A stretch of 61,152 bases of DNA from a virus (taxonomy: Duplodnaviria > Caudoviricetes), in the IMG/VR virus record IMGVR_UViG_3300020473_000029, positions 1 through 61,152 of that record. One strand, 5' to 3'. The notes beneath the pieces were generated by a model. That model did not search any database. It had not been told where the DNA came from and worked only from the letters and a program-made list of their open reading frames with translations. Below are positions 13,886 to 27,700 of this stretch, in pieces (positions within the stretch are counted from its first letter, which is position 1; each line of letters starts with the position of its first letter). The position numbers were made by a program, and so were the translations under genes.

Positions 13886-15787
13886 ATGCCTTTTACTAAG
13901 TATACAAACCTAGATTTTGACCAAATAAAGATATCCATTAAGGATTATCTTAGAGCAAACACTGAATTCAGTGATTTTGACTTTGAGGGGTCTAATTTTT
14001 CAGTACTAATTGATACTTTAGCATACAATACCTACATTACGGCATTTAATGCTAACATGACTGTGAATGAATCTTTCTTAGATTCAGCAACACTACGTGA
14101 AAATGTAGTATCATTGGCAAGAAATATAGGGTATGTGCCTCGTTCAAGGGCAGCAGCACAGGCAACAATCAGTTTTGATGTAGAAATAGGTGATATGCAG
14201 ACCTCTACTCTTGATTTAGAGGCAGGATTGGTATGTGTAGGTAATGCAAATGATTCAAATTACATATTTTCTACACCAGAACGTATAGTAACTACATTAA
14301 CTAAGATAAATGATACCACTAGGAGAGCAAGTTTTAAAGATATTACCGTATATCAAGGTACATTCCTTCAAAAATCATTTGAAGTTAATGGATCTTTAGA
14401 CCAAAGGTTTATTTTAGACAACTCATTCATCGATTCTTCAACAATTGTGGTTAGAGTAAGAGACTCTGCCAATGATACGTCAGAAGGAAGGGAATATCAG
14501 GTAGCAGATAACATTTTAAATATAGATAAAGAGTCAGAAATCTACTTATTACAAGAAGTTCAGGATGAAAAGTATGAATTACTGTTTGGAGATGGTTATT
14601 TTGGTAAAAAATTAAAAAATGGTAATGTAATAGACGTTTCTTACATTATTACTGACGGAAAAGAGGGTAATGGTGCTTCTAAATTTGTATTTTCTGGGAG
14701 ATTTAGGGATGATAAGAGATTAATTGAACCTCCAACCAATTCTATAGTCGTACATACGTCTCAGAATGCTGCAAATGGTTCTGATATTGAAAGTATTGAC
14801 TCAATTAAGTATTTTGCACCTAGAATTTACTCTTCACAGTATCGTGCAGTGACCTCAAGAGACTATGAATCCATTATTCAGTCAATTTATCCCAATACAG
14901 AGTCTGTTGCTGTTGTTGGTGGTGAAGAATTGGATCCACCAGAGTTTGGAAACGTATTAATTAGTATAAAACCCAAAAATGGTGACTATATTTCCGATTT
15001 TGATCGTCAAAATATCCTTGCAAAACTAAAAAATTACTCTCTTTCAGGAATTAACCAAAAAATCATTGATTTGAAGGTTCTTTTTGTCGAAATTGACTCT
15101 GCAGTCTATTATAACACTGCTCAAGTTACTAATGTTAATGATTTAAAGACAAGAGTTACGGATACATTGAATACTTTTAGAACTTCCAATATTAATAAGT
15201 TTGGAGGTAGATTTAAGTATAGTAAAATGTGTCAAATTATTGATAATGTTGATACTTCTATAACTTCTAATATTACAAGGGTAATTATCAGAAGAAATCT
15301 TAAGGCATTGGTAAATCGTGATACTCAATATGAATTATGTTTTGGAAATAAATTCCATGTTAATAAAGATGGTTTTAATATAAAAAGCACTGGATTTTAT
15401 ATTACTGGTAAAACAGATACTTACTTCTTTACCGATGTTCCAAGAGATGATCATACAGGAGTTATATCTGTTGTTAGGGAAAATCAAAATGAAGGTAAAT
15501 ATATTGTTGAGGTTAAGTCTGCAGGTACAGTAGATTACGATAAAGGTGAAATATTAATCAATACTATCAATATTAGTGGTACATCTAAGATTAATAATAT
15601 TATTGAAGTTCAAGCAATACCTGAATCTAATGATGTTATTGGATTATCTGATTTATATCTCGATTTTTCCGTTTCTGATAGTACAATAAATATGGTTAAG
15701 GATACGATTACTTCAGGCGAACAAATATCTGGTATCGGATACAAAACAACTTCTAGCTACTTAAACGGAGAACTAAAGAGGATATAA
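13886..15787 (+). CDS. gp6: Baseplate wedge subunit gp6
   Basis: LDFDQIK, DFDFEGS, FGDG and RAVT..DY motifs. Confidence 0.93.
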   Translation: MPFTKYTNLDFDQIKISIKDYLRANTEFSDFDFEGSNFSVLIDTLAYNTYITAFNANMTVNESFLDSATLRENVVSLARNIGYVPRSRAAAQATISFDVEIGDMQTSTLDLEAGLVCVGNANDSNYIFSTPERIVTTLTKINDTTRRASFKDITVYQGTFLQKSFEVNGSLDQRFILDNSFIDSSTIVVRVRDSANDTSEGREYQVADNILNIDKESEIYLLQEVQDEKYELLFGDGYFGKKLKNGNVIDVSYIITDGKEGNGASKFVFSGRFRDDKRLIEPPTNSIVVHTSQNAANGSDIESIDSIKYFAPRIYSSQYRAVTSRDYESIIQSIYPNTESVAVVGGEELDPPEFGNVLISIKPKNGDYISDFDRQNILAKLKNYSLSGINQKIIDLKVLFVEIDSAVYYNTAQVTNVNDLKTRVTDTLNTFRTSNINKFGGRFKYSKMCQIIDNVDTSITSNITRVIIRRNLKALVNRDTQYELCFGNKFHVNKDGFNIKSTGFYITGKTDTYFFTDVPRDDHTGVISVVRENQNEGKYIVEVKSAGTVDYDKGEILINTINISGTSKINNIIEVQAIPESNDVIGLSDLYLDFSVSDSTINMVKDTITSGEQISGIGYKTTSSYLNGELKRI

Positions 15788-15788
15788 C

Positions 15789-18700
15789 ATGATACAAACG
15801 GGGTTTGAACAGAGAGTTAATATACAACAGGTAATTGACAGTCAACTTCCTGAATTTCTATTAGATGAAAGTCCAAAAAGTGCTGAATTTTTAAAACAGT
15901 ACTATCTTTCACAAGAATTTCAAAGTGGTCCTACAGATCTTGCTGTAAATTTAGACCAATACTTAAAATTAAACAATTATAGTCAAGAAGTAATTCAAGG
16001 AGAAACTACATTATATGCTGGTATTAGTACGAATACTGATACTATTGAAGTATATTCTACTAAAGGATTCCCCAATCAATATGGTTTATTTAAGATTGAT
16101 GATGAAATAATTACATACACTGGACTTACAACAAATACTTTTACTGGTTGTAAGCGTGGATTTAGTGGAATTACAAGTTATAGAACAGATTTAGAGTCTG
16201 AAGAATTAGTTTTTAGTTCAACTAGTGAGCAAACTCATGCTTCACAAGCAAAAGTAACTAATTTAAGTGCATTATTTCTAAAAGAATTTTATAGAAAATT
16301 AAAATACACATATACACCTGGACTTGAGGATGTAGAATTTGTAAAAGATCTTGATGTTAATAATTTTATCAAAGAATCGAGGTCTTTATACGAATCTAAA
16401 GGAACAGAAGAGTCATTTAGGATATTATTTAATGTTTTATATGGTGTAGAACCACAAATTATTGATTTAGAACAATATCTACCAAAACCATCTACTGCAG
16501 AGTTTTTAAGAAGAGAAATTGTTGTTGCTGAGAGAGTAGGTAATACTGGAGATCCTACTAAATTAGTTGGACAAACTATCACAAAATCAACTGATAGTGC
16601 AACAAAAGCATCAGTTTCTGAAGTTGAACCATTTACTAGATCTGGAATTAGTACTTATTATAAGATGGGTCTCTTTGTTGGATTTAGTGATCGTGCTTTA
16701 ATTGAAGGTACTTTTAATATTCAAGCAAAAAGTAAGGTAGTTAATCCAGTATCAGCAGGTTCTTCGGTTATTACTGTTGATTCAACTATTGGATTTGGTG
16801 CTACTGGAACATTAATTTCCGATAGTAACGTTATTACATATAGTGATAAGTCAATTAATCAATTTCTTGGTTGTAAAAATATAGTTTATCCAATTGGTAT
16901 ATCATCTGATGTAAGAACTAATGAAGTTTTCTTTGGTTATGAAGATGGTGATACCAGTAAAAAGGTAGAATTTCGTTTAACTGGTGTTCTTTCTGAATTT
17001 GAAGCAACTAGTGATATTACAAGCACTACAGAAGGTCAATACCTATATGTAAAGAATGTTGGTGAAAAAATAAAAAATCCTGAACAAAATAAGACTTTTA
17101 AGCAAATATTTGCAAATTCTTGGATTTATAATACTAGTTCTAGATTTGATATAACAAATATTAATCAAAGTACTAGAACATTAACTTTATCAGCAGAAAT
17201 TGACCCATCAAGTTTAAAGAAAGGTGATACTGTCGATATTTTAAAGAAAAGTACTCAAAATATTGCTTTTTCTGGTGCTATAATTGATATTATTACTCCT
17301 GGTACTAAACAAATTGAATTAAGGGATTTACTTGGATTTACAGTTGATCCAAATGAAACTTATACTATTAGAAGAAGAATAAAAACTGCTACTAGTACTG
17401 GAACACCATTATCTTATGGTCAAAATCAATTAACAGTAGATATTCAAAATGTTTATAATGAAAATGATGAAAATTTTTATATAGGGTCAAACTCTTTACC
17501 TGCAGGTAATATAACAAAAAATACAATAAAAGAAACTATATCAACTACAACGTTGAATAGTTTACAAGGATATGATCCTGCAACTCAGCAATATTATATT
17601 ATTAGTTTTCCAGTCACAAGCGTTGATTTCGTAACTGGTGATAGAATTTATTATAATCCAGAAACTACTCAATTAAAAGGACTAGATGAAGGATATTATT
17701 ATGTTAAAGTTTTAGATGCACCAAATAATAATCAAATTAAATTATACCAATCAAGATCTTTAATTGAACTTGATGGTACTTTAGATCCCAAAACAGGTTC
17801 TCCTATGAATACTGCAATGGGATTTGTTGGAGATGGATCAAATAACCATAGTTTTATATTAGCACATCAAAAATCAGATAAAATATTTCCACAAAAATTA
17901 TTAAAAAAATTCCCATCTAAACAGAACTTACAAAAAGGTGAAGTAACTAAAACCATCCCAGGATCGACTGGAATGCTTGTTAATGGTGTAGAAGTAATAA
18001 ACTATAAATCTGTCGATAAAGTTTATTATGGACCGTTAGAGAAGGTTGTAGTGTATGGTCAGGGTAAGGATTATGATGTAGTTAATCCACCAAAAGTAAC
18101 TGTTGCTACTGGTGTTGGAATAACTGCACTTATACAACCAGTAATCGGTGAAGGTGTAATTAAAGATGTATTGGTAGATCCTCATGAATTTGATATAGAG
18201 AATGTAGATTCAGTTAGTATTTCTGGTGGTAATGGTTCTGGAGCAGAATTAAGTCCTGTTATGGGTCTTAGATACCGTGAAGTTGAATTTGATGTTCGTG
18301 AGTTATCAAATGGTGGTGGAATAGATGTAACTCAGGATACTATTACTTTTCTTACTGATCATGGGTTTAGTAATGGACAACCACTTGTATATAATTCAAG
18401 AGGTAATGAAGCAGTTGGAATTTCATCTGTTTATGGATATTCTGCTAATAATGCTGATGTTGATATTAAATTGCAATCTAATGCAATATATTATGCTCAA
18501 TGGGTTAATAATAAAACAATTAAATTATTCCACACAACAGGAGATCAGCAGGCTGGAATTAATACTGTAGGTTTAACAACTTCTCATGCACAAGGAATTC
18601 ATAAGTTTAGGACAGCAAAAGCAACTAATGTCTTAAGATCTGTTAAAGTTTTGAATGGTGGTTCTGGATATACTAATAGGGAATTAAAAGTAACACCAGC

Positions 18701-21700
18701 AGGAATATCTACTGTTAGTAATACTATTAATTTTAAAAATCATGGATTTAATGATGGTGATAAGATTGTATATAATACAGGTGGGACATCAATTGAGGGA
18801 TTGACTGTTGAGACAGGTATAACATCAACTTCACAGCATTATCAAGTATTAAAAATAGATGATAATTCCTTTAGACTTGCAGATTCTGGAATTGGTGGAA
18901 CAATAACATCAAATTATACTAGAAAAAATAATGTAAATTTAGTTTCTATTGGTAGTAGTCATCATAATTTCAAATATCCTAATATTGAAGTATCAATTGC
19001 CACTGGAATTTCTACTGTTGCTACTGGTGTAATTACAGCAACTCCTGTTGTACGAGGTAAGATTACTGATGCATACTTATATGAAGCAGGAACAGGATAT
19101 GGATCAACAATAATTAATTTTCATAAAAAACCTATTATTAGTATTAAATCTGGTAAAGGTGCTGAATTTAAACCAGTTATTGTTGATGGTAAAGTTAGTC
19201 AAGTTTTAGTTTCTGTATCTGGTAGTGGTTATACATCTCCTCCAGATTTAACTTTGGTTGGTATTGGATCTGGAATTGGTGCTAAATTTAGACCTGTTGT
19301 ACAAAATGGTGAAGTATCACATGTTATTGTGATTAATGAAGGCAGAAATTATGATGTTAATACATCTATAGCATCAACTGCAATTGGTTTAAATGGATTT
19401 ATAGAACCTTATGTTAGAGAATTAACTTGGAATAATGGATCAAGATTTGGTGATGAAATATTAGTTGAAAATGTTGATGGATTGGAATATGGTTGGGTAG
19501 GATATTCTACAGCATTAGGACAAAAAGAATATGGTGATAATTTGAGAAATCATTCACCAATTATTGGATGGGCATATGATGGTAATCCAATTTATGGTCC
19601 TGTTGGTTATTCTGATCCTGAAGATGATAGTAGTTCAAGAATAATGTTAAGTGGTTATAGTCTTATTCCATCTAATATTACAGATAGACCATCATTTAGT
19701 AATGGTTCTTTTGTTGAAGATTATGAATATACTAATGCTGGTGATCTTGATAAACATAATGGTAGATATTGCAAAACACCAGAATTTCCTAATGGAACAT
19801 ATGCATATTTTGCATCAGTAGATTTTACAACTTTAGTATCTACATTTCCATACTTTATAGGAGATACCTATAGATCTGTTGGTATTGGACAGACAGTAGA
19901 TCAAAATTTCAATTTTAATAATTCTGATTTAGTTAGAAATACATTCCCATATAAAGTTAATGATCTTTTTGCTAATAATGATTTTATTGTAGAACCCTAT
20001 GAAATTACACAACAAAGAGCTGTTGTTGATTCTGTAGTTAAAGGATCTATTGAAAATATTATTGTTAATGAATCTGGCGATGGTTATATTGTTGGTGATA
20101 CTGCTAGATTTGATAATACTGGAACTAATGGTGGTGGTTTAAGTGCATTTGTTTCTAAATTGAAAGGAAAAACAATTGTTGATATAAACACTGAAGTTGA
20201 AGATTATCAAACAACAACTTTAATTTGGGATAATTCAAATCAAGTTTCAGTGCATATAGATCCAGTACATGCTTTGGTTGATGAGGATAATGTTGTTATT
20301 TCAGGAGTTTCAACATATATTGCAGGATTAACTCAATCTCATGTTATAGGTGTTACTTCAGAAAGGACTTTCTTACTTGCTCCTGTACCTTCAAATTCTA
20401 CAGTTGGATATGTGACAGACATTTATGTTTCTTCTATTCCTGATAGTGTTTCTGTTGGATCTACATTCAGTATTAAATCAGAAAGGGTTTCAGTTCTTGA
20501 TACATTTGAGAAAAATAAAGTTATAAGAATTGTTAGAGGAGAATCTGTTGGTGCTGCATATACTGCTTCAACTGAATTAAATACAGTTCCATCATCATTC
20601 ACTATCCCATTAGAAACACCATTATTTGAATCTAAATTAAACGATGTTAGATATTTTAATCCACTTCATTCTGTAGGTATTGGAACAACTACTGGTGGTA
20701 CTACAACTAAGAATTATAGAATTGGTGAAGCAGACATTCCTGTATCAATTGCAAATCAAAGCATTTATATTCCAAATCATCCATTTAAACAGAATCAAAA
20801 ATTAACATTTAAAAAATATAATAGTTCTAGTCAAAATATTGGTATTAGTACAGAACCAGATAGTAGTATTCTATCACTACCAGAACTGGGTGTTATACAA
20901 ACAGTTTATGTAATTAATAAATCAAAAGACTTTATTGGTTTAACAACTCAGATTGGATTAACTACATCTACAAATGGATTATATTTCCGTTCATTTACTA
21001 GTAATGCTGATGATAGGGATTATAGATATTCACTAACTTCAAATTATACACAAGAAACCGCAAAAGCTGAAAAAATTACTGCTACTGTTGCAGTATCTAC
21101 ATCACATGGAATGCTTAATAATGATGTTATTGATTTATCAGTAAGATCAAATCAATCTGTTGGTATTGGTACATCTACTGCAGTAAGAGTTAAGTATCAT
21201 TCAGGTTCAGATAAATTAATTGTCAATCCAACAACTTTTGCACACACAGCATTAAATGCATCAAAAAATGAATTAACATTAACCGATCATGGTTTTAAAA
21301 CTGGTGATAAAGTATTCTATGATTCTACAACATCACAACCATTAGTAGGTTTAGGAACTGGTGGATATTATACTTATAGGGTAGATGATAATAAATTCCA
21401 ATTATCACACACTAGATATGATACTGAACAAAATCCACCTATAATTATATCTCTTGATACTCCTAGTGCTGGAAGTACACATCAAATTTCTAAGATTAAT
21501 CCACAGATTAATGTAATTAATAACAATAATTTAGTATTTGACGTTTCAGACACCACATTATCAGGATATGATTTTAAAATTTATTACGATAAAGAATTTA
21601 ATAATGAATTAGTTTCTGTTGGTGGTACTGTTACTGATTTTGTAATATCAGATTTTGGTGGTGCTGTTGGTTGTGGTACTACATCAACATTAACATTAAA

Positions 21701-24700
21701 TTATACTAATCAATTACCAACAAAATTATATTATAATTTGGAAAGAACTGGTTACATAAGTACTTCCGATACAAACGTTAAAAATAGTTCAGAAATAATA
21801 TTTGGTAATAGTGTTTATGATAATACTTTTGCTATATCTGGTGTTGCTGCTACTAGTTTTAAATTCTCTTTAAATTCTTTACCAGAAACCTTACAATATA
21901 CACAATCAAATACAGATATATTAGAATATTCTACTAGTTCTACTACTGCTAATGGTGGTGTGGATGCGATGAGAATTACATCAGGAGGACTTAATTACAA
22001 GAAATTACCATCATTTAAGTCTATTAATTCAACTAACGGACAAAATGCTGATATTATTCCAGCATCTACAAGTATTGGTAGAATTAAACAAGTTACTGTA
22101 GAAAATGCTGGATTTGAATATTCTGCTGACAAGACATTAAGACCAGAAGCATATGTTTCTCCAGATATTGTAGTAATTAATAGAAATACTATTACTAATA
22201 TTGAAGTTATAACTGGTGGTACTGGTTATACTAACACACCTAATTTAGTAGTTGTTAATCCAGATACTGGATTAAAATATGATAGTGGTATATTTAAAGC
22301 AGAGATACAAGGATCTTCTATTGATAATGTTGAAATTGTACAAGCACCAAAAGGACTATCTGATGTTACAAACATAATATATTCTCTTAATAATACTAAT
22401 GGAAGTGGAATTGAAACATGTATGTCATCTACATCTGGTATATTAACATGTTTTATAACAACACCAATTGCTGGATTTGCAACACCACCTTTTGCTGTAG
22501 GAGATAAAGTTTTTGTTGAAGGTATTGTTAATATTGGCTTTAATACAACAGGAACTGGATTTAATTCTGAAGATTATGGATTTAAATTCTTTAATGTTAG
22601 TGCTTATGATCCTAGTGTTAACCCAGTTAAGGTAGAAGTTGATTTATCTGAGTTTGTTACAAATGCAGGGTTGGCAGTAACTAATCAAAATGGATATGCA
22701 TCTTTAATAAATCAAAATAATTATCCTACATTTAAATTAACACAAGAACCACTAGATTTTATTGAAGGGGAAACACTTCTTACTGCTGTAGGTACAGCAC
22801 AGTCAATAACAAGTTATATTGAAAGAGATATAGTTATTACTCATACTTTATCTGATGGAATTAAAGTATTTGGTACTTATGATTTAGAAAAAGATCAAAT
22901 AATACTTGGTAAGAGATCAGGAACATTAGCAACTATTAAATCTACTAACGATAATGAAGCATATTATAGAGTAGATTATTCTCTCAGACAAGATCGTGGT
23001 TGGAGTGATGATATTGGAAAATTAAATGTAGATTATCAAGTTCTTCCTGATAATGATTATTATCAAAATCTATCATATACTATTAAGAGTCCTATAGAAT
23101 GGGAAGATTTAGTTAATCCTGTTAATAGACTTTTACATTCATCTGGACTAAAGAATTTTGCAGACACGGGAATTACTACTACAACTAATGTTACTGCAGG
23201 AACAAGTTTAGATTCTGATAGTATTACTATAATTGATATTATTGGTGAAAAGAGAGTTGATACTATTTCTGATTTTGATTTTGCTATTGATATTGATACA
23301 TTAAGTAATAATAAATCAAGATTTATCAAACTAAAAACTAAGAGATTATCCGATTATATTGATTGTAATACTAACCGTGTATTGGCAATAGATGATATTA
23401 GTGGTAGTTTCTCTAGATCTGATAAAGTTAGTGATTTATTCAGTGATCTTTTAACTTATAGTGTATCTGAAGGTTATAATAGATTTTTAGTTCAAGTAGT
23501 AAATCCAAATAATAAAGAAAGACAAGCAACTGACGTTATAACACTTACTAATAGTTATGGTGGTCAATATGGTCAAGTTTATACAATAGAGAAAGGATCT
23601 ATTGGTATAGGAACTGCTGGAACAAGAGTGGGTGATATTGGAGGTAATATTGATTCGGAAGGAATTTTAACTCTAAGATTTGATCCTATTGATCCATATA
23701 CACATGATTATGATATTAAAGTTATAAGAACTAGTTTTAATTCATCTCTTGCTGGAATTGGCACTACAAAGTTTGGTTTTATTGATATTGATTCAAGAAA
23801 CCAGATTGTTGCATCAAATACTACTGTTGGTATTATTACTGCAAATATTGATGAAAATGAAGGTTTTTATGCTAATGTTGAGATAATTAATGCAACAACA
23901 GATGATACAACATATGTTGAGATGTTTGTTGATCAGGATGGAACAAATTCTTATATATCAGATTTCTGGGTAGATAACAGAGGATCTAATAGTAAGTTCA
24001 TTGGTGCATTTACATCAAATATATCTTCTGGTGTATTGTCAATTGATTATGAAAATGATGAAGCAAATTCAGTTTTAGTTAGATCTAGAATAGTTGGATT
24101 TGGTACTACTTCTGTTGGTATAGGAACTTACAGGTTCTTATCAACAGGTCAATCACCAGAAACTGAAAAAACAGCAAGATATGAAGCAAAGTATGCACTT
24201 ACTGCTGCATCACCATCTGTTACTAATGTATTCAGTTTAGATAAGACTGATGCAACTACTATAAAAACAATTGCTAAGGTTGGTTATGGTTTAACATCTG
24301 CTTTACATCAAATATTATCAATAGGTGATGAAACAGATATTTACACAACACAATATCCATTCTTGTCTATTGGTAGTACTAGTGGAATTGGTACTTTTGG
24401 ATCTGAGTATAGTGGTAGTAATGCAATACTTAAATTCTATCCAGATGCTGGTGTATCTCAAGAAATTACCATACAAACTTATAGTGAAGTAATTCAAACA
24501 GATAGAGATTTATTAAATGTACCAAATGATCTTAGTTATGGACCTGTAAATGAAAGGTATCTTCTTGGAACATATGATGGTCAAAATAGAAATAGACTTA
24601 ATAAAGATGAATTTGTAATTAGACATGAAGGTGTTCCAATATATGCAAAAACATTTGATCCAGCAACTACTGTTAATTTAAGCACTGGTTTATTCACAAT

Positions 24701-27700
24701 TAATGATCATTTCCTCAATACTGGTGAAAAATTAGAATATAGATCAACATCAACGTTTAGTAATATTACTGCTTCAGACATGGTTATGTCTAACGGTAGT
24801 GTATTACCAGCAGATTTATATGCAATTAAAGTTAGTGATAATACATTTAATGTAGCAACAACTAAGGCAAATGCAGTTGCAGGTACTAATGTTACATTTA
24901 ATACTGCTGGTGCTGGAAATGCACATAAGATTGGAATGGTTAAGAAGGCAGAAAAAACTGTTCTTTCTCTTGATGGAGTTGTTCAAAGTCCATTAACATG
25001 GACCCCAATTAATCATACACTTGCTAATAATGGTGGATCTATAGGTGTTGGAGATACATATTTTGCATTATCTGGAATATCTTCTATTGTATCAAATGAT
25101 GTTCTTAAAATTGGTAATGAGTATATTAAAGTTGTTAATGTTGGATTAGGAACACTTGCAGTTGGTCCTATAACAGCAGATGGTACATTTAATGTAATTG
25201 AAGCAGAACGTGGTTTTGTTGGAACAACTGCGGCTACACATAATGATGGTGCGGAAGCAAGAGTTTATCTTGGAGCATTTAATTTAATCGATAGTACAAT
25301 CTACTTCACACAACCACCAATTGGAAATAATGCTAAACCTATAGATCCTGATACCAATCTTAAGACACCAAGATCTACATTTGGTGGAAGAGTATTCATG
25401 AGACAAGACTATGATACAAACCAAATATATGATAATATTTCCAAATCATTTACAGGTATAGGTGCAACATATACATTATCTGTAAATGGTATAAACACCA
25501 CAGGAATTGAAACTGGTAGTGGTATTGTATTCATTAATAATATTTTCCAGACACCATCCACAGTTAATAACACTGGAAATAATTATAGTTTCAGTGAAGA
25601 TTCAAATGTTGGAGTATCAAGTATTAAATTTACTGGTATAACAGATGATAGTGGAAATATATTATTATCTGATGAAGATGTTAATAAAAATCAATTACCA
25701 AGAGGTGGTGTTATTGTATCTTTAGGTTCTACCTTGGGTGTTGGTTATGCTCCTCCTGTTGGTGCTGCTGTAAGTGCTGTACTTAATAGTAGTGGTGGTA
25801 TAACTGCAGTTGGTATAGGAACTACTGATAACAATGGTTCTGGATATCGTGGTGTTGTTGGTGTTGGTGTGACAGATGAAGCATATGTGCATAAGTTTGT
25901 AAGTGCTGCTACAGGTGCTGTTACTGGTACAGGTGGTCCATTTACACCAACAAATGCAGTATATGAATCACATACAGGTATATTAACCTTAACCATTCCT
26001 AGTCATGGAAGAAGTAGTGGTAATGTTCAACTTGTTAATAATTCATTAGTATTCACTTGTTCTAGAGATGGACATGCAAGTGAACATACCTATCCAAGAG
26101 CAACGGATCCTGCTGCAAATGGAAATAACTTAGCACTTACTAAGATTGATAATGATACAATTTCTATTAATGTTGGTGCTGGTGGTGGTAAAGGAACAGG
26201 TGCAACAGTTACAGCAACTGTTGGTGCTGGTGGAACCATTATATTTGGTGTTTCTGCTGCTGGTAGCAACTATGTTAATCCAAAATTTGTAGTATCACCA
26301 CCACCATCATATGAGAATCTACCTGTTGTTGGTGTATCAAGGCGTGGTCTTGGAGCAACTACAGAAACTGGTAAAGGTTTATTAGTAACTTTGGATGTTG
26401 GTCCTGCAAGTCCTACACCTCAAGATAATAAGTTTGGTGATGCAGCAGATCTTATTGATAAGAATAGACTATTAATTTCTGAAACTGCTGCTAGAAGAAT
26501 GAAGGAAAGATTCCCTTCATATAACTATCCATCAGGATTTGTTGAGCAAGATTGTATTGATGATGTAATTGATGTTCTTGAAGCAGTATCATATAATATG
26601 CGTTATGGTGGAAATGATAAGACATATGATGCATCACGTTTCTATATTGATGGTTTCTATTCAAACCCTGCTCCAGTTACTGGTGAAGAAGAGCAAGTTG
26701 TATATGCAATGATGGAAGCAAGAGATATGGCATCTCTAGCATTAGCAAATAAACCAATTGGAAGATTTGAAGGGGCACAATATGCACACACCTATAGTGG
26801 TGGTACAGCAACAAATGCGGTTGTTTCTGGTGGTGATTATGATCATACATTTGTTAGTGCTGTTACAAATGGTATTAATGGTTCATTAACACCAAATGGT
26901 GCTACTTATATTGCTGGAACTGGAGTATTAACATTAACATTTGCTAGTGCTCATGGAGTTGCCGATGGTGGAAATGTAACTATTGCTGATTATTCATTAG
27001 TATTCACTTGTGATAGAGATAATAATCAAACAAATCACGCATATCCAAGATCTGATGATCCTGCATCTGGTTCTACACTTAGTGCTACTCTTATTAGTCC
27101 AACATCATTCTCAGTAAATGTTGGTACTTCTCCATTAGTATTCAAGAATGTTGTTACAGGTTCTAATCCTGAGAAAACATCATATGATCCATTAACTGGA
27201 GATTTAGTACTTAATGTTGGTTCTGGTCATGGATTCCTTGCACCAACAACACTTGCTACACCTACAGCAGCACTTTATGCTCCAACAACAGGTGTTTTAA
27301 GGCTTACAATTCCAGGTCATGGTCTTGCAGTTGGTGATTATATTAAGATTGTTGATGATTCATTAACATTTACATGTGCTAGAGATAATCATTCTACTGA
27401 ACATAAGTATCCACGATTTGGTGATCCTGCAAGTGGTGAATGGATCAATGTTAACCAAAGATCAGCAAATAGAATATGGGTTAATATTGGCAAATCTCCT
27501 GATATTTCTGCACATACATTTGTTTCAGCAAGACAAGGTGTTAGTAAAGCAAATTCTAACATTGGTATTGGAACTCAGTTGTTAGGATTTAAATGTACTA
27601 GAGATGCTACTTCTGCTAATCCAGAAGGTGTATCACAAGTTCTATATCCACGTTCAACAGACAGATTCTGTTGGAATAAGAATCAAATTTCTATTGCATC

